NCBI GenBank assembly: GCA_963725665.1
Contig: CAVRZA010000001.1
Location: 160,001-224,000 of the forward strand
Direction: 5' to 3'
From: an uncultured Actinomycetes bacterium
GTDB taxonomy: Bacteria; Actinomycetota; Thermoleophilia; UBA2241
Length of the DNA: 64,000 bases
The notes under the pieces were generated by a model. That model ran no database searches. It worked only from the letters and a program-made list of their open reading frames with translations, and was not told the DNA's origin. Both the position numbers and the translations under genes were made by a program. Positions 42,826 through 53,530 of this stretch are shown here, one piece after another (the first letter of the stretch is position 1; each line of letters begins with the position of its first letter).

Positions 42826-42879
42826 TTCCGCTACCTCATGCTAGGCTGGGCGCGACTCTGGCAAGGCAGGAGGTCCCAC

Positions 42880-43826
<947 letters not shown>

Positions 43827-43830
<4 letters not shown>

Positions 43831-45429
43831 GCGCCTTCGCCGGCATCGGCCCCCTCGTACGGCTTGCCCTGCGCCGCGACCGCATCATGGTGGCCGCGTG
43901 GATCGCGGCCTTCGCGGTGGTCGCGGCGTTCTCGGCCTCGGCCACGGTCGACCTCTACCCGTCGTTGGCTTCGCGGATCGAAGCGGCCTACGCGATCAAC
44001 CGCTCCCAGGCGTTGGTAGCCCTGTACGGACGGGTCTACGACCCGTCCTCCACGGGCGCTCTCGCCATGATCAAGACCGGGGGGCTGGGGGCGGTGTTCG
44101 TCGCGATGCTGACGGTCGTCCTCGTGGTGCGCCACACTCGCGCCGACGAGGAATCGGGGCGGCTCGAGCTCGCCGGCGGCACGGCCATGGGCCGCCGTGC
44201 CCCGCTGGGCGCCGCCCTCGTCGCCGCCGTGATCACGAACCTCGTGCTGGCTGTGGTAACCGCGGGCGCTCTGGCTGCCACCGGGCTCCCCGTCGACGGC
44301 TCGCTTGCGTTCGGCCTCGCCTGGGCCGGCGTGGGGCTCGCGTTCGCCGCGATCGCTGCCGTCGCCGCCCAGGTGACCACCAGCGCACGGACCGCCACCG
44401 CGCTCTCGGCCGCGATCCTGGCCATCGTGTACGTTCTGCGCGCCGGGGGCGACACCGCGAGCGAGGGCGGCCCCCGCTGGCTGAGCTGGCTGTCGCCGAT
44501 CGGCTGGGCCCAGCAGTTCCGGCCCTACGCGGGGAACCGCTGGTGGGTGCTGCTCATCACCCTCGGCTTCGCCGTCGCGGTCGCGGGCATCGCGTTCGCA
44601 CTGGCGGCGCGGCGCGACCTCGGCGCCGGCCTGCTGGCCACGCGAAGCGGACCGGCGAGCGCGAGCGGGCTGCTGCGCAGCCCGCTCGCGCTCGCCTGGC
44701 GGCTCCACCGCGGCGCACTCCTCGGCTGGGCCGTCGCCTTCGGTCTGGTCGGCGTGCTGCTCGGCGGCCTGGCGTCGAACGTGGGGGAGTTCCTCAACAA
44801 CCCCAACGCGCGCGACTTCATCACGAAGCTCGGCGGCGAGAAGGCACTCAGCGACGCCTTCCTGGCGGTGGAGCTCGGCTTCGCCGGCGTGATCGCGTCG
44901 GCCTACGGCATCCAGGTCGTGATGCGCTTGCGGTCCGAGGAGACGGGCCTACATGCCGAGCCCGTGCTCGCCACGGCTGTCGGCCGCGTCCGCTGGGCGC
45001 TGAGCCACATCCTCGTCGCGATCGTCGGCACCACGCTGCTGCTGGCGCTCGTCGGCACCGGTGCCGGCCTCGCCCGCGGCGCCCAGGCGGGCGACATGAG
45101 CCAAGCCGGTCCCGTGTTCACGGCGGCCCTCGTGCAGCTACCCGCGGTGTGGGTCCTCGCAGCCATCGTCGTGGCCGCCTTCGGTCTGGCTCCCCGGTTG
45201 ATCGCGGTCGGCTGGGTGGCGCTGGCCGGCTTCGTCGTGCTCGGTGAGCTGGGACCCTTGCTGGACCTCGACCAGTGGGTCCTGGACCTCTCTCCCTTCG
45301 CCCACGTGCCCAAGCTCCCCGGCGGGACGTTCAGCGCCACGCCGATTGCTCGCGCTGACCGCGGTCGCCGCGCTGCTCGGAGCCGCCGGTCTCGCCGGGC
45401 TCCGCCGCCGCGACATCGCAAGCTCCTAG
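43827..45429 (+). CDS. ABC exporter permease (actinobacterial antibiotic-exporter type; frameshift near 45345)
   Basis: [35 protein letters not shown]; terminal RRRDI lies in the shifted frame. Confidence 0.85.
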
Positions 45430-45465
45430 GGTCTGGACGGCGTCAAGAGGTCTGACTCAGAACAG

Positions 45466-46257
45466 CTAGAGTGGCAAACGCGCCGCTGCCGGATGCAGCA
45501 GGCTTTGGACCTGCGGCGCGTAGAGACGCTCGACCGCGGTCCTGCGCATGCCCAGGGCCCGCAGCTCCTCGGCGATCGGGTGGTCTCCCAGGTCGCAGGA
45601 CGCGCCTCCTCTGAAGCGGGCGATGCTCAGCTCGCCCTCTGCCTGGATCCGTGTGCGCAGAAGCTGACCGTCCTTGACCGTGTAGCTGAACAGGTCCAAG
45701 GATCTCGCTCTGGTCGCCGACTTGGCGACTTCCAGGGTGGCGATGGCCTTGCCGTCGGCCCGGAGCCGGCAGCGGCGTGCCCGGCCTGTCTCCTCGAAGC
45801 TGATCTCGGCGACGAACTTGGGATATCCCCAGATCTCGACCCCGAAGACATAGGCCTCCTGCGTCGTCACGGGCAGATGATGGACGTAGAGACCGAAGCG
45901 CTCGAACCTGTCCGGGGCAAGCAGGGGCAGCGCTGGGATGTTGCGAGCGGGTTCGTAGAGAACCGGCACCATGATCCCGAACTCGTTGTAGGGCTCCACA
46001 TCCGCGATGCGGCGGTACTCCATGGCCGCCATCGATACGATGCCTGTTCCCGGTACGAGCTCGGCTGGCTTGAGCCTGTCGCTGGGCAGCAGCTTGCGGA
46101 GCGCCGCGGCAGGTGCGGGGAAGTGGGCCATCATCGCAGACCACTCGTAGTAGCGGACAGGAAGCCCGATACGAGCTCCAGTGGAGAGCTCCATCTCTTC
46201 GACCCTCACACCGGCAAAGTCCTCGAGTGTGGCGAGGCCGGCAGCAGCGATGCTCAT
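45466..46257 (-). CDS. Acetoacetate decarboxylase-like (ADC superfamily) protein
   Basis: LPVRYY, EY...DVEPYNE, LPVT, GVEIWGYPK (Schiff-base Lys). Confidence 0.8.
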   Translation of the reverse strand: MSIAAAGLATLEDFAGVRVEEMELSTGARIGLPVRYYEWSAMMAHFPAPAAALRKLLPSDRLKPAELVPGTGIVSMAAMEYRRIADVEPYNEFGIMVPVLYEPARNIPALPLLAPDRFERFGLYVHHLPVTTQEAYVFGVEIWGYPKFVAEISFEETGRARRCRLRADGKAIATLEVAKSATRARSLDLFSYTVKDGQLLRTRIQAEGELSIARFRGGASCDLGDHPIAEELRALGMRRTAVERLYAPQVQSLLHPAAARLPL

Positions 46258-46434
46258 GGCCCTCCCTCCGTGACGCTTCCAGGAAGCCGTCAGCGTGTCC
46301 GCCGGCTTCCGCGGTTATACGCACCTCCAACTGTACAGCGACACTGACGGCTTTCCACTTCTGGCCCCGTCTCGAGCCGGTGTAGCATGCCTCACCGACG
46401 GCAGCCGCCGGCCACGCAGGGTCGAGGAGGTCAC

Positions 46435-47229
46435 ATGGCACCCACCAACGAGACCATCGCGCTCATGGGCAAGCGCTGTTCCACGCGCTCGTATGCGCCG
46501 ACGCCGATCAGCGACGACGAGAAGCGCACGATTCTGCACACGGCGATGCGCGCCCCCACGGCCGGCAACCTGATGCTGTACTCGATCATCGAGATCGACG
46601 ACCAAGCGCTCAGGGACCGCTTGGCCGAGACGTGCGACCACCAGCCGTTCATCGCCAGGGCGCCCTGGCTGCTGCTCTTCGCCGCCGACGCGCAGAAGTG
46701 GATGGACCTGTTCGGCGTCGCCGGTGTGGAGCGCCTCGAGGGCGTGCGTCGGGAGGTCACTCCGGGTCTCGGCTGGCTCATCCTCGCCTGCTGTGACGCG
46801 CTGATCGCGGCGCAAAACGCGGTCATCGCGGCCGAGTCGCTCGGCATCGGCTCGTGCTACATCGGCGATATCCTGGAGCTGGGCGAGACGCACGCCGAGC
46901 TGCTGGACCTGCCGCGGTACACGTTCCCCGTCACGATGCTGTGCTTCGGCAGGCCGAAGGGCCGGCGACACGTCGTCGAGCGCTACGAGAAGCACATGGT
47001 CCACAGGAACGCGTACCGTCGCTTGAACGCCGCCGAGCTGCGCGAGGTCTCGGACGACCTCGACCGGCTCTACGGCGCGCACGGCTTTGGTGGCTTTGAG
47101 AACTACGCCCAGGAGGCCTACGCGGGCAAGGTTGCAGCTGACTTCGCCCTTGAGGCCGACCGCTCGGTGGCCTGGTGGCTCGAGCGTTGGATGGGAGGGC
47201 GCAGCGCCATTCGCCCCGAGCGGTCCTAG
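46435..47229 (+). CDS. Nitroreductase (NfsA/Frp-like)
   Basis: RCSTRSY, APTAGNLMLYSII, DALIAAQNAVIAAESLGIGSCYIG. Confidence 0.9.
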   Translation: MAPTNETIALMGKRCSTRSYAPTPISDDEKRTILHTAMRAPTAGNLMLYSIIEIDDQALRDRLAETCDHQPFIARAPWLLLFAADAQKWMDLFGVAGVERLEGVRREVTPGLGWLILACCDALIAAQNAVIAAESLGIGSCYIGDILELGETHAELLDLPRYTFPVTMLCFGRPKGRRHVVERYEKHMVHRNAYRRLNAAELREVSDDLDRLYGAHGFGGFENYAQEAYAGKVAADFALEADRSVAWWLERWMGGRSAIRPERS

Positions 47230-47639
47230 GCGCGCCCGATAGCGAGGGGCACCCCGGTGAGCCCTAGGTGGTAATCGGTCGACCAGATCGTCCGTACATG
47301 ATGCGCTGTGCTGACGTAGAGGCCAACGGCGTCGGTCATGGTGAGGTCCCGGTCTGAGAAGCGCCGCAGCAGGCGGACGCCTGCGGCCTGCTCCTCGGGG
47401 CCGACGGCGAGCACTTGCAGCGGTGTCATGGCCTCGATCATTGCCAGGAACTGCAACGCCCGGGTCCGGTCGTAGCGTCGGAGGAACCAGCCGTGACCCT
47501 CAGCGACCACGAGGGTCGTCGTGAGCAGAACGGGCGGCTGGCCGAACAACCGCCGAAAGAGCGGATGATACGAATCCGAGCCGTCGGTGAACGCGATCAG
47601 CGCCGAGGTGTCGACGTAGGCGTCAGCCCTTGTGGCCAT
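47226..47639 (-). CDS. vapC: PIN-domain toxin
   Basis: AYVDTSALIA, VVAE, TMTDAV, WSTDYH acidic PIN residues. Confidence 0.88.
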   Translation of the reverse strand: MATRADAYVDTSALIAFTDGSDSYHPLFRRLFGQPPVLLTTTLVVAEGHGWFLRRYDRTRALQFLAMIEAMTPLQVLAVGPEEQAAGVRLLRRFSDRDLTMTDAVGLYVSTAHHVRTIWSTDYHLGLTGVPLAIGRA

Positions 47640-47847
47640 ACACCACGTCGTCGATGCCGTGACTCGAGGCCGTGTCGCCGCTCTCGACCATGCCGGCGTA
47701 GTGCATCCACGGCTGCGAGCCGTCGGCGGGCAGCGCGGTGCGCAGAGCTCGCCTCATGAACTCCGCGAGGGAGATGCCGAGGCGCGCCGCCTCAGCCTTC
47801 GCGGCGTCGTAGTCGTTTCTAGAGAGGCTGATCTGGGTGCGAATCAT
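47623..47847 (-). CDS. Ribbon-helix-helix (CopG-like) antitoxin
   Basis: MIRTQISL...AARLGISLAEFMRRAL; 74 aa; overlaps the toxin start. Confidence 0.82.
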   Translation of the reverse strand: MIRTQISLSRNDYDAAKAEAARLGISLAEFMRRALRTALPADGSQPWMHYAGMVESGDTASSHGIDDVVYGHKG

Positions 47848-47881
47848 GATAACAGTGTACGGGAATCTGTTATCAGTGCAA
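47847..47881 (-). promoter_or_regulatory. Leaderless sigma70-type promoter overlapped by an operator inverted repeat
   Basis: TTGCAC-16nt-TACACT-6nt-ATG on the minus strand; TGATAACAG-N11-CTGTTATCA at 47847-47875. Confidence 0.72.
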
Positions 47882-48038
47882 CGTTTCTCAGTCATGACGT
47901 GATGGTAGGCGGGTCTGATGCGGCGGCCAAGACGCCCGCAGGCCGAGCAGGGGTCACAAATGTCGGGCGGCTCGTAGCGGCGCCATCGTTGAGGCCTGGT
48001 GGCGCTTACAGGAGAGTGGCGCCGACTGTGGTCGCGGT

Positions 48039-50291
48039 CTAGGTTCCCTCCACGTTCGACAGCACGCGCTCGAAGCGCGCCAGCGCGTCGTCTATGACCT
48101 CGTCGGTGTCGGCCATGGAGGTGTACATCCGCGAGCCGGCAAGGGTGATGATGCCGCTCGCCGTGTAGGCCGCGCCCATCTCCTCCAGCATGTGCTTGCG
48201 CGTGCTGAGCTCCTTGAGCAGTCGCACCGGATGGTGCAGGTCGAGGAGCATGACGCCCGAGGTCTCGAGGTGCACGATCGAGCCTTGGTTGTAGGCGACG
48301 TAGGGCAGGCCGAGGCGGTCGATGATCGCCTGAAGACCCTTGGTCAGGCGGTCGCCGGCGCGGCCGGCTATGACCGGTGCATTGGTGCGTTCCATCTCCA
48401 GCAACGCGAAGTAGCCGGCCGCGCACGAGAGAGGGTTCGCCGACAGCGTCCCACCGATGTAGGCGCGCTCGCCGCTCTTGCCGCCGATGCCCGAGGCGAA
48501 GGTCATCATCACGTCGGTGCGACCTCCTACACCGCCGGCCATCGGGTAGCCGCCGCTGATGCACTTGCCGAACACGGTGAGGTCGGGCTTGACGCCGAAG
48601 TAGCCCTGAGCGCCGCCGAGCCCCAGTCTGAAACCGGTGACGACCTCGTCGAAGACGAGCAGCGCGCCGAACTCGTCGCAGAGCTCGCGCACGCGCGCGT
48701 TGCAGTCGAAGGGCACCGGCCGCGTGCCGCTCTCGGGACCGACCGGCTCGACGATGACTGCGGCGGTGCCGCCCAGCATCCGGTTCTCGATGAGCTTGCG
48801 GCGCAGCGCCTTGAGGTCGTTGGGGTAGACCTCGCGGGTACGCAAGGTCGCGCCCAGCGGGATGCCTTTGGCCTCGAAGCGCCACGTGCCCGGGACGTGC
48901 AGCCCGTAGACCATCTGGTCGCTCCAGCCGTGGTAGGCGCCGCCCATCTTGATGACGTACTTCCTCTTCGTGAACGTGCGCGCCGCGCGGATGGCGGCCA
49001 TCGCGGCCTCGGTGCCCGAGCCCAGCATACGGAACATCTCGATCGAGGGCATGAAACGGCCGACCAGCTCGGCGAGCTTGAGCTCGTACTCGTGGAACAG
49101 GCCGGTCACCGGCCCGCACTGCTGGAGGAGCTCGATGACCCGGTCTCGCACGGGCGCGTAGTTGCTGCCCAGCACGGTCGCTCCGCCGGCTTGCAGGAAG
49201 TCGATGTAGCGGTTGCCGTCGACGTCCCAGAGGAAGGCGCCGTCGGCCCTTTCGACGGCGAGCGGGAACGGGTGGTTGAAGGCGAGGTTGTGCTGCACCC
49301 CCCCAGGGATGAGCTCCCTCGCCTCGTCTGTGAGCTGCTTGCTGCGCGCACACTTCGTCTCGAAGTAGTCGAGGTACTCCTCCATGGCCGCCGGCCGTAT
49401 GCGGCGCAGCGGCCGGCTCACCAGCGCGTCCAGCTTGGCGTAGACCGCGTCGACATCGAGGTACTCGCTGATCGCATACTGCCGGGTGGTGGGCGCGTCC
49501 TGCGGAGGCTGGTCGGCGACAGCGGCGGCGGGCGCGCTCCGCGCGCCCGCCGCCGCCTCATCGGCCGGCGGCTTCGCATGGGCGACCTCGCCTGCCGCTG
49601 CGGCCTCGGCCGCCTCTTCGACCTGCGTCGCGAGCTTGCGCTCGTCGGCGCGTAGCATGCTGAAGACGATCTCGCGGATGGGCAGCGGGATCACTTCGGT
49701 CTTCTGTCCGGCCATGAGCGTGAGGAGGTAGTCGAGCGCCACCTTCTCGAGCAACGCCATGTTGCGCACCGCATGCTCGGCGTCGGTGCCGAGCACGAGC
49801 ACCCCGTGGCTGCCCAGCAGAAAGGCGTTGTCGCCGCCACGGATCGCGCGCTTGACCCTGTTCTTGAGGAACGACGTCCCCGACGGCGCGTACGGCACGA
49901 TGCGCACGCCGCGGCCAAGGTAGCGGACCTGCTCGTCGAAGAGCGCCGGGATGGGCTTGCCCATGAGTCCCAGGGCGCTCGCGTAGGGCTGGTGGGTGTG
50001 GATGATGGCGTTCACGTCGGCCCGCTGCTCGTACACGGCCGCGTGCATGCCGGCCTCGATAGAGGCCTTCTTGGTGCCCAGCAGCTGATGCAGCCGGTAA
50101 TCGAGGACGCAGATGTCGTCGGGCTGCATCTTGTCGTAGTCGTAGCTGCTCGGCGTTATGGCGAGCAGCTCGCGGCCGAGCACGCGCGCGGAGACGTTAC
50201 CTTCGGTCGCCTTGAGGTAGCCGCGCTCGAGCAGGGTCCGGCACATCGAAACGACGAGTTCCCGTGTGTTGTCGAACTGGCCCATGACCAT
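48039..50291 (-). CDS. Fusion of a class II aldolase/adducin domain and a class III aminotransferase
   Basis: N-term GNVS, TPS, SIEAGMH, IIHTH, GSHG; Ala/Pro/Glu linker; C-term DVDGNRYIDF, SGTEA, YHG, FDEVVTGFR, FGKCISGG. Confidence 0.88.
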   Translation of the reverse strand: MVMGQFDNTRELVVSMCRTLLERGYLKATEGNVSARVLGRELLAITPSSYDYDKMQPDDICVLDYRLHQLLGTKKASIEAGMHAAVYEQRADVNAIIHTHQPYASALGLMGKPIPALFDEQVRYLGRGVRIVPYAPSGTSFLKNRVKRAIRGGDNAFLLGSHGVLVLGTDAEHAVRNMALLEKVALDYLLTLMAGQKTEVIPLPIREIVFSMLRADERKLATQVEEAAEAAAAGEVAHAKPPADEAAAGARSAPAAAVADQPPQDAPTTRQYAISEYLDVDAVYAKLDALVSRPLRRIRPAAMEEYLDYFETKCARSKQLTDEARELIPGGVQHNLAFNHPFPLAVERADGAFLWDVDGNRYIDFLQAGGATVLGSNYAPVRDRVIELLQQCGPVTGLFHEYELKLAELVGRFMPSIEMFRMLGSGTEAAMAAIRAARTFTKRKYVIKMGGAYHGWSDQMVYGLHVPGTWRFEAKGIPLGATLRTREVYPNDLKALRRKLIENRMLGGTAAVIVEPVGPESGTRPVPFDCNARVRELCDEFGALLVFDEVVTGFRLGLGGAQGYFGVKPDLTVFGKCISGGYPMAGGVGGRTDVMMTFASGIGGKSGERAYIGGTLSANPLSCAAGYFALLEMERTNAPVIAGRAGDRLTKGLQAIIDRLGLPYVAYNQGSIVHLETSGVMLLDLHHPVRLLKELSTRKHMLEEMGAAYTASGIITLAGSRMYTSMADTDEVIDDALARFERVLSNVEGT

Positions 50292-50342
50292 CGATTCTAT
50301 CTTCGTCGCAAGGCGTTTGCCGTCAGGGGTGCACCCAACTGC

Positions 50343-50570
50343 TCAGCTGCTGACCCGAGCCCAGAGCTGTCCCCACGTGGTGTTGAAGGTGTCGCCGTGG
50401 GAGAGGTCCCCGGTCTCGTAGCCGAGCTTGAACCAGCGCATCCGCTGCTGCGAGGTACCGTGCGTGAAGGAGTCGGGCACCACGTAGCCTTGCGCCTCCA
50501 TCTGCAGGCGGTCATCGCCGATGGCGTTGGCCGCTCGTAGAGCCTCCTCCACGTCGCCGGGCTCAACGAA
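50343..50570 (-). pseudogene. C-terminal remnant of a YpfJ-like neutral zinc metallopeptidase
   Basis: [21 protein letters not shown]...[21 protein letters not shown]...DTF; the HExxH-containing part is absent. Confidence 0.8.
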
Positions 50571-50765
50571 CCGCGATGCCCGCGCCACTGCATCGCTCAT
50601 CCCTTCGCTACGGCCTCTCGAATGTCGGTCCCGGATTCTAGCCAGGGCACAGCGGCGGGGGTACCGTGGCTCTTCCGGCCCCGACGGGCGTAAGCTGGCC
50701 CGGTTCGGGAAAGCGTGGGGTGGACGGCGTGTGATCGGCACAGCGGCGATCGGCAGTGTGGCGCG

Positions 50766-51419
50766 GTGAGCTTCGAGGCGGTGATCTTCGATCTCGACGG
50801 CACGCTGGCGGACACCCTCGAGGACATCGCCGACGCGATGAACCGTGTGCTGCGCCGCGAGCGGCGTGTGGGGCACGATTACGCCGCCTACAGGTACCTG
50901 GTCGGCAAGGGGATGCGCAATCTGGTGACCCAGGCGCTGCCCGCGGACGACCGGACCGACGAGACGATCGAACGCTGCCTGGTCGAACTGCTCGCCGACT
51001 ACTCCGAGCACGTCCTCGACAAGACGCGTCTCTACGACGGCGTCGCGGAGCTGCTGGCCGGCCTGCGCGGCGCCGGCGTCAGACTGGCCGTCCTCTCCAA
51101 CAAGGTCGACGGGCTCACCCGGCGCATCGTCGCTGGCCTGACCGAGCCCGGCACCTTCGCTGTCGTCGTGGGCGCTCAGCCCGATCTGCCGCTGAAGCCA
51201 GATCCAACCGCGGCCCTGCTGGTGAGCGCCAACCTGGGCACGCCGCCGGAGGCCATCGCCTACGTTGGGGACTCGGGCGTCGACATGCGCACCGCCACGG
51301 CGGCGGGCATGCTGCCCGTGGGCGCGTCGTGGGGCTTCCGCACCAAGGACGAGCTGGTCGAGAACGGCGCGCGCGCCGTTCTCGACCAGCCTCTGGAACT
51401 GCTCACCCTCAGGCTGTGA
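50766..51419 (+). CDS. HAD-superfamily phosphatase (phosphoglycolate phosphatase-like)
   Basis: [26 protein letters not shown]. Confidence 0.92.
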   Translation: MSFEAVIFDLDGTLADTLEDIADAMNRVLRRERRVGHDYAAYRYLVGKGMRNLVTQALPADDRTDETIERCLVELLADYSEHVLDKTRLYDGVAELLAGLRGAGVRLAVLSNKVDGLTRRIVAGLTEPGTFAVVVGAQPDLPLKPDPTAALLVSANLGTPPEAIAYVGDSGVDMRTATAAGMLPVGASWGFRTKDELVENGARAVLDQPLELLTLRL

Positions 51420-51434
51420 GGCCTGTGCCGGTGG

Positions 51435-51698
51435 TTACTCTGCGAACGCCTCGTCGGCGTAGCAGAAGCGCCAGTCCTCGTCGGGCTGGAACGAGCGGAT
51501 AACGGGGTGTCCGGTCGCGCGCGCGTGCTTGGTCGCGTGCTTGCCGATCGACTGGTCGCAACAGCCGACGTGGCCGCAGGTCAGGCACTTGCGCAGGTGG
51601 AACCACGCTTGCCCCATGGCCAGACACTCCTCGCACCCGGTCGTCGCCGCCTCGGGCTCGGGCACGGGTACGGAGCGCATGTGCTCGCACTCGCTCAT
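51435..51698 (-). CDS. UBP-type zinc-finger protein
   Basis: CEH, GCEECL, HLRKCLTCGHVGCCD, HATKH, WRFCYAD. Confidence 0.92.
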   Translation of the reverse strand: MSECEHMRSVPVPEPEAATTGCEECLAMGQAWFHLRKCLTCGHVGCCDQSIGKHATKHARATGHPVIRSFQPDEDWRFCYADEAFAE

Positions 51699-52657
51699 GT
51701 TCGCTCCTCTCCGCTCCGTCTGGTCACCTGTTCATCGCCGCGCGGGGCAGGTGCGGGCAGCTCGTACTCGTGCGCCGGCGCGTCCCAGCCCCCGAGGTCG
51801 AGGGCCAGGGCGTAGACGCTGTTGAGGAAGTCCAGGAGGGTGCGGCGCGGATCTGGGCTCTCGCGCACCGCGTCGTATGGCAGCAGCCACATGCCCATCT
51901 CCTCGACCCACCCTGCGCGGGCGGGCTCAATGGGCGCCGTCTCGCAGCCCGCAGGACGCGGGACCAGGTAGCCATAGAGGGCGGGCTGTGGCGCGTTGTC
52001 GTCGCCCGGCCAGAAGCCGGCGTTGAGGTGCTCCGCGTCGAGGTCGTAGCGCATGATGTAACCGCGGTCTTGCGGCGGTTCCACCTTGCGGCCGTTGAAC
52101 AGCAGCACGGTGAGGTCGAACGAGCCCCACCAGAACTGCACGCCGCTGCGTCCGAAGAACGGTGCGCGGAACTCCTCGAGCACGCCCTGGACGGAGGCGA
52201 GCACGCTGAGGAACCGATGCGCTTGCGCGGTGTCGAAGGCGCAGTCGTGACGGTTGCGCGAGAAGTGAGTCGTGTCGGCAGACTCCTGCGGCTTCTCCCA
52301 GATGTCGAGGGCGAGGCCGAGGTCGCTGAGCGCTTGCCCCAGGTCGTCCCAGACATCGGCCACGCAGCGGCCGTCATGCAACGGAACGCTTCGCTCCCGT
52401 CCGTCGCTGACGCGCACGCGCAGGGCAGCGTCGTGGACGTCGATGGCCATATCGACGAGCCCGTCATGCCAGGGCATGGCGCCCGTGGTGAGACCTCGGG
52501 CGTCGACGCGGAGGCTCGCGTTCAGCCATTCAGGCTGCGACGGCGCCAGCGCAAGCCGCGCCTTGCCCAGCATCTGCGCGTACATGTGCAGCGTCTTCTT
52601 GGTGGCCGCCCACTCCGGGTAGGGAAGTGCCGGCCACGCGGTGGTGTCAGTGCCCAT
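51695..52657 (-). CDS. DUF5996-like conserved protein
   Basis: WPALPY..W..T..TLH...Q..GK.RL, QFWWGSFDL, GFWPG, DP...LLDFLNS.Y. Confidence 0.75.
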   Translation of the reverse strand: MGTDTTAWPALPYPEWAATKKTLHMYAQMLGKARLALAPSQPEWLNASLRVDARGLTTGAMPWHDGLVDMAIDVHDAALRVRVSDGRERSVPLHDGRCVADVWDDLGQALSDLGLALDIWEKPQESADTTHFSRNRHDCAFDTAQAHRFLSVLASVQGVLEEFRAPFFGRSGVQFWWGSFDLTVLLFNGRKVEPPQDRGYIMRYDLDAEHLNAGFWPGDDNAPQPALYGYLVPRPAGCETAPIEPARAGWVEEMGMWLLPYDAVRESPDPRRTLLDFLNSVYALALDLGGWDAPAHEYELPAPAPRGDEQVTRRSGEERT

Positions 52658-52676
52658 GATCGTCCTTCCAGCTGCT

Positions 52677-53486
52677 TCAGGCGAGCGCGCCGGCCTCGCG
52701 CAGCAGTCCGAGGAACGCCGGCATGAGGGCGGGGTGCGCGGCGACCACCGCGGGACCCCGCCCGTGCGCCGGCTGCGGAAACGCGACCTCAGCGCCGGCC
52801 TCGCGCGCGATGACGCCGCCGGCCGCGTAGTCCCACGGCGAGAGGTCGAGCTCCCAGTAGGCGTCGAGATGACCGGCGGCGATGTGGCAGAGATCGAGCG
52901 CGGCCGACCCGCCGCGACGCATGTCGCGCACGCGGCCGAGGACCGTCGCCGTGGCGAGGCCCTGCAGCTCGCGCTGCGACGCGTCGTAGGAGAAGCCGGT
53001 GGCGACCAGAGCCTGCGAGAGGTCGGTCTGTTCTCGCGCCCTGATCGGCCGACCGTCGCAGCGCGCGCCGAGACCGCTGATCGCCTGGTAGAGGTGTCCC
53101 GCGCTCGAGTCGTAGACGACGCCGACGCGCGGCTGCCCGTCGATCTCGACGCCGATCGACACGGCGAAGGCCGGGTAGCCGTACACGTAGTTGGTGGTGC
53201 CGTCCAGTGGGTCGATGACCCAACGCACACCGGTCGAGCTCTCGCTCCGCGAGCCCTCCTCGGCAAAGACGGCATCGCCTGGTCGCAGATCGGCCAGCCG
53301 CCCCACGATCAGGCGTTCCGCCTCGTGGTCGATGTGGCTGACCATGTCGGTGGGCGACGACTTCGTCTCGACGCGGAGGGTGGACTCCAGGCCCTCCGTA
53401 TGGAGCCGCCCCGCGTCCTCGGCCAGGTCGGTCGCCAGCGCGAGCAGCTCACCAAGTTCAGGCGGCGCGTCGCCCCAGCGAGCCAT
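52677..53486 (-). CDS. Inositol monophosphatase family protein
   Basis: KSSPTDMV, AEEG, WVIDPLDGTTNY, GSAALDLC, WDYAAG. Confidence 0.93.
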   Translation of the reverse strand: MARWGDAPPELGELLALATDLAEDAGRLHTEGLESTLRVETKSSPTDMVSHIDHEAERLIVGRLADLRPGDAVFAEEGSRSESSTGVRWVIDPLDGTTNYVYGYPAFAVSIGVEIDGQPRVGVVYDSSAGHLYQAISGLGARCDGRPIRAREQTDLSQALVATGFSYDASQRELQGLATATVLGRVRDMRRGGSAALDLCHIAAGHLDAYWELDLSPWDYAAGGVIAREAGAEVAFPQPAHGRGPAVVAAHPALMPAFLGLLREAGALA

Positions 53487-53530
53487 GCTCTCGTTGCGAG
53501 CGGCCCGCCGATCGCCGCCTTCTCGTTCTA

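Noticed and set aside
47623-49353. Long alternative-frame ORFs (e.g. 576 aa here, 57924-59831, 51695-53275, 16218-17642)
   Set aside because: High-GC shadow frames that run into real downstream genes; the N-terminal parts are Arg/Pro/Ala-rich with no motifs
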